Below, piece after piece: positions 34,776-47,159 of a DNA stretch of 64,000 bases; the stretch's first letter is position 1, and the number at the start of each line of letters is the position of its first letter. This stretch comes from Nemertoderma westbladi (Eukaryota > Animalia > Xenacoelomorpha), in contig JAUCBJ010007309.1 in assembly GCA_032718475.1 (NCBI GenBank), positions 1-64,000 of the forward strand, given 5' to 3'. The translations under genes were made by a program, and so were the position numbers. Below the pieces are notes generated by a model. That model was not told where the DNA came from. It saw only the letters and a program-made list of their open reading frames with translations, and did no database searches.

Positions 34776-37352
34776 GTACCCTTGTAAAACGAGGATCCCA
34801 GCAAAATCCGCGGATCCTGTTGCGGATACCATAGAAGCAATGACGGATCCCAGTAGGATCCGCGGATCCTAGAAACAACGGATCCGCGGATCCAATAATA
34901 GTCTATGGTATCCGCATTATACAAATTTGTAAAACGCGGATCCCATAGCAAACCATTAAGGCAGCGGATCCCATAGACATCATTGAATATCCTTTACATG
35001 TCTCTTATGGTGTCCGCTGTTTACAAATTTGTAAAGAGCGGATCCCTTTCATTCAATGCAAATACCGGTACAGTAGTACCTAGCAGTAGGCCTTAATTAT
35101 GTAGTTAGTTAACAGCAAGGCCTTGGTTAACAGTTAAGCATATAATAATAATAATAAGCGAGCAAGCCGTAGCAATGCAGTAAGCCCGCAAAGTGCAAAG
35201 GTCTGACAGTCTGCTGCAGTACAGCTGCTATAGGCCTATACCTCTTAGCTTAGCTTACATAAAAATATACATACCGGTACTGTAGCTTAAGTTTAGGGAC
35301 TGTCAGCGATATAACTTTCAGTTTCATAGTATGTACCGTAGTATGTATGTTGCACCATTGTACCACAAACATTTCTACTTTTTAACCGGTTAATTGGAAA
35401 TGGTTAACCGGTTGACTGAAAAATTAACCGCTTCAGGCCCTAGATATAATTTTAAATCTAATAATTAATCTGGTAAAATATTATTATGTATGATACAATA
35501 GGTACGGTAATTAAGTTAATTAATAAAAAAATTATTTATTTATCAGTATTATTTTCTTTAATAAATTGAAATTTAATGATGTCTTACTTATAAATTATGT
35601 ATTATGTCATCTTCCTGTTAATTTGTATCATGAAAAGAATAACTCAAATTCAAAATAGTTTCGCCACTTTTCACCCTTTAGCGGTGTGAATCATAATTTT
35701 TATTCTCACTTTCATTCTTTAGATGCAATCGTTTAAAAAGTGTCTCCGTCGATATTGCACCAGTCCTTTTTCCTCAACCTTATAGCAATCGTTGGTTACT
35801 GTGAAATAGGTGGTAGATTTAATTAACAAGGATTCCAAATATGCTGAATGTAGATGAGAAATAGCTGGATATGGTTATATATTATATTATTATTGTAATT
35901 TACTGTTTGGTCTCGTTTATATTCGTGATTTATATAAAAAAAATACAGTGATATTTTAGTTTATTTTGTATATCAATATATTTGTCGAAACAAAACATAT
36001 TGATGTCTAATCAAACATAGAAATAACGAATGACAATAATGAAATAACTATTTATTTACTTGCATTGTTGCGATAATCTACTTCATACGATTGTGATAGC
36101 CTGACTCTATAATCCTTCGCGGCTTTTTCAGAATGTCTCTAATCTCATAGGGTTCTTATAACTATGTATAACATACTATAACATACTTTATAACTAGTCA
36201 AAGAATTTGATTGCGTTGCACGCTATCAAAAATTAAATATTAGGGTAAATTTGAAATTAGGGGGGGGGGAGGGGTTGCCTCAAATCCCATCTCGGCGAGC
36301 TTAATGTCTGTCTCAATGTTAAATATCAATTAAAGGAAGGGAGCAGGTTACAATAGTACGTTATTCTAACCAAAACAATAAACTAAAGTCAATAGAACAG
36401 GATAGTTTTATTTTTGAGAGTAATCTGGTGTGATTAGCGTCGATTTCCCCTGGAGAGGGATGAATTTTGATTATGTCGACAGTTCCCCCTCCTCCCCCCC
36501 CCCCCCCCCCCCCATCTCATCTACAGACATTAGAATATACGCCCATCCGATGAAGTAGCCTAAAACTCATTATACTTAATTTCGACACTTTAATTTTAGG
36601 GCGCATCTCTTCCTTAGACCGCGTTCACACTACCAAGTCAAAGTCAAAAATATAAAACACATCAATTGAAATATAATTATTGTTTCTAGAATGTCCTGAA
36701 ATGTTATTATAAAAAAATAAGAACAATATGTGGGGCGAGCCACGAAGTTGGCGGAGCCTTAGCGAATTTACACTGTTGGGGGGGTGGGTCAATTTTATAA
36801 AATAGTTGTCGTTGTCGTCGTCGTTACGATTTTGAAATGCTAAAAGGACTGTATTCCGTCCGGAGTTTTCCGATGTGTCGTTAGAGGGCCACAAGTCTAA
36901 ACATTAAATGTCCTCCCATTTCTTACTAACTAATTGAAGTTGAGTCTGATAACAGTGTGGTACCGCGGTACCGGTAGCGAATCTACTGTCTGTCTGTATG
37001 CTGGTATGAAGGTATGTCTGTATGAGTATGTAGGCCTACAATTGCCCTACATACAGAATCAAGCAATTGCATTGTTTGAACGGGATCCGCTCTTTACAAA
37101 TTTGTAAACAGCGGACACCATAAGAGACATGTAAAGGTTATTCAATGGTGTCTATGGGATCCGCTGCCTTAATGGTTTTCTATGGGATCCGCGTTTTACA
37201 AATTTGTATAATGCGGATACCATAGACTATTATTGGATCCGCGGATCCGTGGTTTCTAGGATCCGCGGATCCCACTGGGATCCGTCATTGCTTCTATGGT
37301 ATCCGCAACAGGATCCGCGGATTTTGCTGGTATCCTCGTTTTACAAATGCCC
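34776..37352. mobile_element. Non-autonomous Mutator-like element (MULE)
   Basis: About 270-bp GGATCC-rich TIRs (approx. 34783-35046 and 37081-37345); 9-bp TSD GGTGCTCAT (34767-34775, 37353-37361); no transposase. Confidence 0.85.
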
Positions 37353-37605
37353 GGTGCTCATACCACAGTACCATACGGGCAAAAAAACTTTAAATTAACA
37401 TAAGAAATATACTCCAATAATATCGTAAAACAGAAGAACAGTAGACATAATTATTACAGATATATAAAAATATATGCATATTTCAGTAATTAAAAAACTG
37501 AAAAAGTAAAGGCTGAAGAAAATAACTACTGTTGTCACAGGCATTATCAAGCAAACGTAAAACAAGGCTCTGTCGCACTACAGGCGCCACTTTTTATATG
37601 GAAAA

Positions 37606-38708
37606 TAGGGTAAATCTTTTCGACCTACGCGTAGGCCTACTCGTAGCTACGAGTAGTTGGACACATTGGGTCATATCACCAGTTTCAGAGTTTTAACATT
37701 AACTTCGCGTGGTGCTACGCGTAGGTCATACTCGAACTACGTGTAGCTGCTACGTATAACTACGCGTACTGTAGGTGTTACCCACAACTATGCCACTACG
37801 TTTATCATTAGTAGGCGTACGCATTCCAAGCGGTTCAGTACTAAAATAAGACAATACTGTTGTACAGTATGTTCAATATACAACCATGAAATGCTTTCAA
37901 CAGAAATGTCTCCTACACGTATACTCACTCACTGTAGTGGCATACACTACGACATTTTCTTCACTTCATGTGTTGCGCGCACAATAATGTATTATAATAA
38001 TGTTTAGAGTTCAAAAATAATTTACAAGGAAATTGGCCGATGGTTCTTATCGATTCGCCATTGCCATTTATTGCCTTTCTTCACGAGAGGGCAAGATATA
38101 CTATATTTAATGTGTTAAACCCGTTGAGAAGGGAAGGGGGAAACTAATTGTCTACCATGATTGGTTGCACTTGTTATTTTACTAAACAAATTAATTATAC
38201 AGTAATAACAGCTTTCGCTTAACCACTTCACTAAGACTGGTAGCTTATACTTTGTAGTGCAATATTTAAATTATCCAATGGAACCAAAGAGACTTGGTGA
38301 TATACGTGATTTTAAGTCTATTTTTTTATTCACCCTGTGTTTGTACTGTATGTGAATGAGCCGAATATTATTATTACCATAGTGCTGTGTGCTGTGTAGA
38401 GAGATGAGTTTCCGAATTCGCTTGTCTGATAATCAGATACCTGACATACAGTATCATCGATACTTTGCTTAACAACTCAAGCTCTGCCGAACCTGAAATA
38501 AAAATTCTTTGTAATCAGAACTGCTACGCGTAGCACACGCGAAGTGCTACGCGTAGTTTTAAAATACCTACGCGTAGTTCCAAAATACATACGCCTAGTT
38601 TTAAAACACCTACGCGTAGTTGTTAAAAAGGCAGTAAGTCTGGACCTACCGGTAAATGACAGGAATGGAAGTTATAAACTACGCGTAAGTCGAAAAGATT
38701 TACCCCTA
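37606..38708. mobile_element. Non-autonomous TIR element with CTACGCGTAG subterminal repeats
   Basis: TIR TAGGGTAAATCTTTTCGACCTACGCGTAG / CTACGCGTAAGTCGAAAAGATTTACCCCTA; superfamily unclear. Confidence 0.75.
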
Positions 38709-39114
38709 TACCTAGGTATACCCTATGTAGTGGCATACGCTACTACATTTTCTTCACTTAATGTGTTGCGCGTGTAATTATCTATTGTAATTATGTTTAG
38801 AGTTCAAAGATAGTTTACATGGAAATAGGCCGATGGTTCTTATTATCCATTGCCATTTATTACCTTTTGTTCACGAGATGGCAATGATATATTTAAATAA
38901 TCCAATGGAAACAAAGAGACTTAGAAATATACGTGAATTTTAAGTCTACTTTTTATTCATCCTGTAATTGATGTGAAAGAGCCGAATATTATTTATGGCA
39001 TTGATTTTTTATGTCCGCTCTTTTGACTTTTTTTGTCCGCACTTTATTACGAATTGTGAATAATGACTTTTATTGTCCTTTTAATGTCTTTTTATGAATG
39101 TATTTCTTCAAACT

Positions 39115-41995
39115 GTCAGACTGTTGATTTCTGGACTGTCGGACAGTTGATTTCACTATGCCTGTGCCAAAACATTCAAAATTTGTTGATTTCTGGACTG
39201 TCGGACAGTTGATTTCAACATGCATGTGCCAAAATATTAAAAATTTGTTGATTTCTGGACTGTCGGACAGTTGATTTCAACATATACATGTGCCAAAACA
39301 TTCAAAATCTGTTGATTTCTGGACTGTCGAACAGTTGATTTCAATATTCCTGTGCCAAAACATTCAAAATTTGTTGATTTCTGGACTGTCGGACAGTTGA
39401 TTTCACTATGCCTGTGCCAAAACATTCAAAATTTGTTGATTTCTGGACTGTCGGACAGTTGATTTCAACATGCATGTGCCAAAATATTAAAAATTTGTTG
39501 ATTTCTGGACTGTCGGACAGTTGATTTCAACATACATGTGCCAAAACATTCAAAATTTGTTGATTTCTGGACTGTCGGACAGTTGATTTCAACATTCCTG
39601 TGCCAAAACATTCAAAATTTGTTGATTTCTGGACTGTCGGACAGTTGATTTCACTATGCCTGTGCCAAAACATTCAAAATTTGTTGATTTCTGGACTGTC
39701 GGACAGTTGATTTCAACATGCATGTGCCAAAATATTAAAAATTTGTTGATTTCTGGACTGTCGGACAGTTGATTTCAACATACATGTGCCAAAACATTCA
39801 AAATTTGTTGATTTCTGGACTGTCGGACAGTTGATTTCAACATTCCTGTGCCAAAACATTCAAAATTTGTTGATTTCTGGACTGTCGGACAGTTGATTTC
39901 ACTATGCCTATGCCAAAACATTCAAAATTTGTTGATTTCTGGACTGTCGGACAGTTGATTTCAACATTCCTGTGCCAAAACATTCAAAATTTGTTGATTT
40001 CTGGACTGTCGGACAGTTGATTTCAATATGCCTGTGCCAAAACATTCAAAATTTGTTGATTTCTGGACTGTCGGACAGTTGATTTCACTATGCCTGTGCC
40101 AAAACATTCAAAATTTGTTGATTTCTGGACTGTCGGACAGTTGATTTCAACATATACATGTGCCAAAACATTCAAAATTTGTTGATTTCTGGACTGTCGG
40201 ACAGTTGATTTCAACATTCCTGTGCCAAAACATTCAAAATTTGTTGATTTCTGGACTGTCGGACAGTTGATTTCAATATGCCTGTGCCAAAACATTCAAA
40301 ATCTGTTGATTTCTGGACTGTCGGACAGTTGATTTCAACATACATGTGCCAAAACATTCAAAATTTGTTGATTTATGCACTGTCGGACAGTTGATTTCAA
40401 CATTCCTGTGCCAAAACATTCAAAATTTGTTGATTTCTGGACTGTCGGACAGTTGATTTCACTATGCCTGTGCCAAAACATTCAAAATTTGTTGATTTCT
40501 GGACTGTCGGACAGTTGATTTCAACATGCATGTGCCAAAATATTAAAAATTTGTTGATTTCTGGACTGTCGGACAGTTGATTTCAACATACATGTGCCAA
40601 AACATTCAAAATTTGTTGATTTCTGGACTGTCGGACAGTTGATTTCAACATTCCTGTGCCAAAACATTCAAAATTTGTTGATTTCTGGACTGTCGGACAG
40701 TTGATTTCACTATGCCTGTGCCAAAACATTCAAAATTTGTTGATTTCTGGACTGTCGGACAGTTGATTTCAACATGCATGTGCCAAAATATTAAAAATTT
40801 GTTGATTTCTGGACTGTCGGACAGTTGATTTCAACATACATGTGCCAAAACATTCAAAATTTGTTGATTTCTGGACTGTCGGACAGTTGATTTCAACATT
40901 CCTGTGCCAAAACATTCAAAATTTGTTGATTTCTGGACTGTCGGACAGTTGATTTCACTATGCCTATGCCAAAACATTCAAAATTTGTTGATTTCTGGAC
41001 TGTCGGACAGTTGATTTCAACATTCCTGTGCCAAAACATTCAAAATTTGTTGATTTCTGGACTGTCGGACAGTTGATTTCAATATGCCTGTGCCAAAACA
41101 TTCAAAATTTGTTGATTTCTGGACTGTCGGACAGTTGATTTCACTATGCCTGTGCCAAAACATTCAAAATTTGTTGATTTCTGGACTGTCGGACAGTTGA
41201 TTTCAACATATACATGTGCCAAAACATTCAAAATTTGTTGATTTCTGGACTGTCGGACAGTTGATTTCAACATTCCTGTGCCAAAACATTCAAAATTTGT
41301 TGATTTCTGGACTGTCGGACAGTTGATTTCAATATGCCTGTGCCAAAACATTCAAAATCTGTTGATTTCTGGACTGTCGGACAGTTGATTTCAATATTCC
41401 TGTGCCAAAACATTCAAAATTTGTTGATTTCTGGACTGTCGGACAGTTGATTTCAACATATACATGTGCCAAAACATTCAAAATTTGTTGATTTCTGGAC
41501 TGTCGGACAGTTGATTTCAACATTCCTGTGCCAAAACATTCAAAATTTGTTGATTTCTGGACTGTCGGACAGTTGATTTCAATATGCCTGTGCCAAAACA
41601 TTCAAAATTTGTTGATTTCTGGACTGTCGGACAGTTGATTTCACTATGCCTGTGCCAAAACATTCAAAATTTGTTGATTTCTGGACTGTCGGACAGTTGA
41701 TTTGAACATGCATGTGCCAAAATATTAAAAGTTTGTTGATTTCTGGTCTGTCGGACAGTTGATTTCAATATGCCTGTGCCAAAACATTCAAAATTTGTTG
41801 ATTTCTGGACTGTCGGACAGTTGATTTCACTATGCCTGTGCAAAACATTCAAAATTTGTTGATTTCTGGACTGTCGGACAGTTGATTTCAACATGCATGT
41901 GCCAAAATATTAAAAATTTGTTGAGTTCTGGTCTGTCGGACAGTTGGTTTCACTATGCATGTGCCAAAACATTTAAAATTTGATGATTTATAGAC
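39115..41995. repeat. 62-bp satellite array, about 46 units, with higher-order repeats
   Basis: Unit TGTGCCAAAACATTCAAAATTTGTTGATTTCTGGACTGTCGGACAGTTGATTTC plus an 8-nt variable segment; identical ORFs recur at 1056-bp and 250-bp offsets. Confidence 0.97.
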
Positions 41996-42099
41996 TATGA
42001 GATAGATTTCCATATGCGCCTGTGGTAAAAGACTCTATATTTTATAATTTTCTGAATGTTGTCGATAATCGATTTCCATTACTGTAGCAAAACACTCAT

Positions 42100-42680
42100 T
42101 TTATAGCCAAAAACAATTACCAATTGATGGAAAGCAGCATGTTAAAGAAGCAGGCTTTTCTAACCAAAACAATAAACGAGCACCTTGCCTATTGAGGGAA
42201 CGGAGCAGGTTACATAGACGGGCTATTCAAACCAAAACAATAACAATCACTTTACCCATTGAAGCAAATGAGCAGGTTCCAGAGGCGGGTTTTCTAACCA
42301 AAACAATAAACGATCACTTTACCTGTTGGGGGAAAGGAGCAGGTTACAGAAGGGCTATTCTAACCAAAACAATAAACGATCGCTTTACCTATTAAGGGAA
42401 AGGAGCAGGTTCTAGAGGCGGGTTTTTCTAACCAAAACAATAAACGACCACTTTAACTATTGGGGGAAAGGAGCAGGATACAGAGGCGGACTTTTCTAAA
42501 CAAAACAATAATAAACGACGACAATTACCAATTGAGGGAAAGTAGCAGAGGTTACAGAAGCCGGTTTTACTAACCAAAACAATAAACGATCACTTTACCA
42601 ATTGGGAAAACGAGCAGGTTACAGAAACGGAATTTTCTAACCAAAACAATAAACAATACCAATTGAGGAAAAGGAGCATT
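42100..42680 (+). repeat. About 60-bp degenerate satellite, about 9 units
   Basis: Unit GGAGCAGGTTACAGAGGCGGG..TTCTAACCAAAACAATAAACGA..; same family as 63485-64000. Confidence 0.9.
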
Positions 42681-43715
42681 TTCGGCGGCAGTATTTTACA
42701 TTATGTACAGTTGTATATATCCTTTATTGGGACAACCTCTTTGCTTTTTAGCTAAAACCGGCCTGATATTTTCGATATCAGTGTGTTTCGCTCTCAAATG
42801 GGGAATAAGTAGATTTTTCGAACACATTGTATGTGGACTGATCTGTTAGTTTAGAACTACATTATAGATTTAGAGGTACCACTACAACGCTACCCATAAC
42901 AGTACAGTAGTCATGATCCATTATAAATGCATTATCCAGATATGTATCAATTATCCAAAATTTATTAATTATTTAAAAGGTAGGTTACAGTACTGGTCAA
43001 CCGGTACTAAAATTCTGAAATTTGTTTATTAATTACCACCATTCTCTCATTTACAACTGTTTAGGCTACATCAGAGTACCGGTATCAGTATTGTACTAAT
43101 CATAATAAAGGCTCTAATGTAAGACATTTTGTGGAATTTTGGACCCTTGAGATTGGCCCGATGGGCCAATGGTACAATGTGTATACTAGCTATGTGTGAC
43201 TGGCGGAATGGGTCTTCTTGGTCTGGTCACCCATAATGCATAATGTACATACATTTCAGATGTTTTTCAAATTAATTTTAAACTGTAGGTTATTTTAAGC
43301 ACAAAAAAAAATCTGGGCAATAAACCCCCATACCAAATCCCACTGTAAGTGTATTCAAATAGAGGCGGGCAATATGCAGGTGCAATGCTGTAATAAAAAA
43401 TGAAAATCTATATCAAAATAAACAAAAAAAGTTTGTTTGGTTGCATGCAAGCCAAGACATTAAACAAAACATGTAACAGTTTACGCCTAAACCACTAAAG
43501 CTACACTAAACCCGATACATAAACAAAATACCGGTACCAAACAAAATTATATTATTCTTGTGAATTGATAACATTATTTTACTATTATTATAGTAAAAAA
43601 CAGAACATAATACAATATATTCCAACTGAGACCTTCTTTAATTTGGCAAGTTAAATAAAAAAGAAATGCAAATAAAGTAAGTAACATATAGAACTGTAGT
43701 AAAATAACAAATGGT

Positions 43716-45956
43716 TTACAAGTTTGTTCTTTTTCGTTTTCGTTTTAGTTTGATTTTCGTTTTCGTATCCCTTTTTTGTTTAAGGCACCTCCGTTTTTTA
43801 CTCTTCTGCTTTTTTCGTTTGCGCTTTTCGCTTTTCAAACAAGAAGGTTGTGCAAATAGTGGTGGTGGAGTCTGTCCAGTATTCACAACTTGAGTTGTAT
43901 GAGTACAATATTGGTATAAATACTGGAATTCCTGTTTCACTGAACTTTTATATGGAACCCGACAGTTGTGCGGTACCGCATTTGGTCCACTGTACCTGTC
44001 AACATCGCAAGACCAGTCGCAGCCTACAATGGGATGAGACTGATTACAAACATTTTCTTCGCGATTTCTTTGTTCACAGGCATACGGGCTAGTAGAACGT
44101 CTTTCCTCTTTAATCCGTGGTTTTTCTTCCACTTTTATCTTCCTCCCATTATCCTCGAATCCACTAACCCTATCTCCTATCTGTCCTCCAATACCCCCAG
44201 ATTGACTCTCCCCTTCATACCTACCCCTCTTTGACGCGCCATCCTCAGCCACACTACCACCCTCATCGTCTTCCCCTCTAGAACGCTTCGCACCAATGAT
44301 AACAGTCCGTGGTATGTACATCTCATCCCTCTTGTATGCTGCTCCTTCATTTACATATTCCCGGACTAGCTCCTTTGCGGTCTCCCGATCTGCCTCAACA
44401 TAACGAATTTCATCAAACACCGAACCCATCTGATCATCAGGCAACGAAAAGTTTGCCATCAACTCTTTAATGGCTTGAACTGGGATCATCTTCCCCTCGA
44501 AATCCTCCTGTTTTATAGTTCGCTTGATCAAAGTGTCTCTATCATTAACCAACACGCACGCCACACGCTTGTACCCCTCGAAGTATTCCATCTTCAATTT
44601 CCGTGGGTTTTCCTGGACATTTGTCTGATCTAGAATGTAGTTGCGTGCACGATTGGAGGCCATCTTGAACATCTCGTTTAGGATCTCCGTGGCTCGTTTT
44701 ATCAACTCGGCCCAGCGTCCATGGTAATTCTTTCTTCTTATCAACCCTTTCACTTTCATCTTATCCATGATGGTGTTTGTTCCCAGGATTGTATACCGCT
44801 TCTCTGGATTATCCTTTCGCCACTTCGAACTCCAAACGGTTTTACCCGCTCCTGGAAGTCCCACCATCATCAGTATTTCGTAATCTTCTTTCGCATTTGT
44901 CCCAGACATGGGACACCGAATTAACGAATTTACAGGAAGGCTCGCCAGTGAAGTAAAACCCGCGATGGGTGCGAAACTCGGTTCTCTGTCCCCAAAATTT
45001 ACAGAGAATTTAATGTTTTTCACGGAAATATGAGGATAGAATGTTTGATTTCTACAATCACTGGGTAAATTAAAGGCAACCCCTAGATTCTTCCCATTTT
45101 TCGCATACCGAATCGTGGGTCTTTCACCCTCAAGATCGATATATGATGTCATTATATCGCCTTCCCCGAAAGGTCGTCCGTAAGAACGGAAGGAATTATT
45201 GTGGCTTTTATTCCCCGTTCCACCAAATCCATAGGAGTTCTGTGACTCTCCCAATGCAAAGTCACCACCATTATCCAGCGACCAGCCCAGTCGCAAAACA
45301 TTAGGCTTATCATGGTTCTTCTTTTTGACAGGTAAGTTTTCTAAAATAATAACTTCGTAAAAGGCTTTCCCGCTTCGAACGCCGTGAGTAGCCCTACATC
45401 CTGCCCATAAATATTCAAATCCATTGTAGTGTATATCTTGAGCCACCAAACCGTCCGGTTCGATCATCATGTATATATCTGAATTATATTCATCTAGCAC
45501 AACAGCAGAAGTGATACTTTTCGATTGTAGCGCAGGGGTTCCGGGCTTATCTGAGTTATTGTAAGTCAAAGTTGCATTGTTGTGGGGTGATTGTGATCCA
45601 GCATTACTGATTGCTGGCGACCTATATTCGTCAGGGATACCAACAAATCCGAATTGGTTCATACCGTAACCGTATCCGCTAGGAATACCAACATATCCGC
45701 CATATCCACCAGGGATACCGCCATATCCACCATGGATACCACCATATCCACCAGGGATACCGCCATATCCACCAGGGATACCGCCATATCCACCAGGGAT
45801 ACCGCCATATCCACCAGGGAAACCGCCATAGTGCGCACCATTTCCTCCAAGGAGCACACCATGTTCAACTGGGATACCACCGTATCCACCCGGAGGCGCA
45901 CAATAATAACCATATACGCCATGGTCATGATGTCCATAGAATGAGTGACTACTCAT
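43716..45956 (-). CDS. HNRNPUL1: hnRNP U / hnRNPUL1-like protein, paralogue 2 (GGYGGIP-repeat N-terminus, SPRY, P-loop, Lys/Arg-rich tail; no SAP domain in ORF)
   Basis: 746-aa uninterrupted ORF collinear with paralogue 1 from VVLDEYNSD to SVKQE; same Walker A motif. Confidence 0.88.
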   Translation of the reverse strand: MSSHSFYGHHDHGVYGYYCAPPGGYGGIPVEHGVLLGGNGAHYGGFPGGYGGIPGGYGGIPGGYGGIPGGYGGIHGGYGGIPGGYGGYVGIPSGYGYGMNQFGFVGIPDEYRSPAISNAGSQSPHNNATLTYNNSDKPGTPALQSKSITSAVVLDEYNSDIYMMIEPDGLVAQDIHYNGFEYLWAGCRATHGVRSGKAFYEVIILENLPVKKKNHDKPNVLRLGWSLDNGGDFALGESQNSYGFGGTGNKSHNNSFRSYGRPFGEGDIMTSYIDLEGERPTIRYAKNGKNLGVAFNLPSDCRNQTFYPHISVKNIKFSVNFGDREPSFAPIAGFTSLASLPVNSLIRCPMSGTNAKEDYEILMMVGLPGAGKTVWSSKWRKDNPEKRYTILGTNTIMDKMKVKGLIRRKNYHGRWAELIKRATEILNEMFKMASNRARNYILDQTNVQENPRKLKMEYFEGYKRVACVLVNDRDTLIKRTIKQEDFEGKMIPVQAIKELMANFSLPDDQMGSVFDEIRYVEADRETAKELVREYVNEGAAYKRDEMYIPRTVIIGAKRSRGEDDEGGSVAEDGASKRGRYEGESQSGGIGGQIGDRVSGFEDNGRKIKVEEKPRIKEERRSTSPYACEQRNREENVCNQSHPIVGCDWSCDVDRYSGPNAVPHNCRVPYKSSVKQEFQYLYQYCTHTTQVVNTGQTPPPLFAQPSCLKSEKRKRKKQKSKKRRCLKQKRDTKTKIKLKRKRKRTNL

Positions 45957-46540
45957 ATTCCTCTAGTAACAATATTTAATTTCTGAATTTTAATGTGTTT
46001 GTATTCAGTTCAGCTCAGTCTGTCAGTTCAGCAGTCTATGAGTTCAGTAGTATACCAATAAACATGTACCGTGAAGGATAAACGTATTACTGTATTACGG
46101 TAATTGATGATGCATGCCATTATGATTACCGGTAATTCAGTACAGCAGTAGTAATTGGTCCGATGCTTTGATTCGTCTTTCTGTACGCTGTAAGTCAGGC
46201 TCACTTTTTTTTACACAATGTTAGGCTAATTACTGCAATATCTACTTGGCATGTGACACTGGGACATAAGATATTTTTAAAAAACATTTGGTAAGTTCAG
46301 AAGGGTATTAATTAATATTAGTACGTTTGAACGACACAAGCCAACCAAGCTGCTAAGCCTGAAATCAGATAATTAATTAATGGTACCGCTACCGGTATAG
46401 CAGTATTGTGCGCCACCTTAAGGATTGCGCGGGTATTATTTATTAAGTTCTTTGAAGGGAATGTATTATGCTAATAACAGAACAACGCTGTTGGGTTGGG
46501 CTGTTGCGATACGGTTGTTTATTTCATATGTTAGCCCTGG

Positions 46541-46634
46541 AAAGGGCCGTTTGGGTTGGTTTAAGAGTAAGACGTACATAGTTTGCGCTGAAAAGGGCCG
46601 TTTGGGTTGGTTTAGGAGTAAGACGTACATAGTT
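46541..46634. repeat. 51-bp-period tandem duplication
   Basis: AAAGGGCCGTTTGGGTTGGTTTARGAGTAAGACGTACATAGTT occurs twice. Confidence 0.85.
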
Positions 46635-47159
46635 GGCCCGTACATAGTTACATGTTATTAGAAAGTAACATTAAAAAATTATTTGTAATCTTTTGTAAAC
46701 GAATGATGCTAATTGTTTTTATATTCCAAAGGTTTTGAACCGACTGACAACTACTGTACTGTAAGAAATCGAGGTTGTTTAATGTTTAGAGATTTCACCC
46801 GCCAGCGGTGGTTAAAATCCCATATTTTGATCGTATTTAATGTCTAAATATTACAAACTTTAAGATTTAAATCAAACTCAGTAGTTATTAAGTTAAAGGC
46901 GACAAAAACTAATGACGTATTTCCCTTTATTGACCCCACCCTCCACCCGCCCAACACTGTCAGGTTACAAATGCTTCGGCTACTACTACGTACGTGTCTC
47001 CCGCAAATTAATAGTAATTAATATATAATATAATTATATATGGCAGTAGTATTTGTTAATTAACTAAACCCAATGCAAATGGTTACAATCATGAATGATA
47101 AGTGCGTGAGTAAGGGTCTATGCCTCGATACCAAAAAGTATAAATATTAAATTTAATTA

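Noticed and set aside
39115-41995. CRISPR-like array
   Set aside because: The variable part is only 8-10 nt and recurs; no unique spacers, no cas genes, eukaryotic context.
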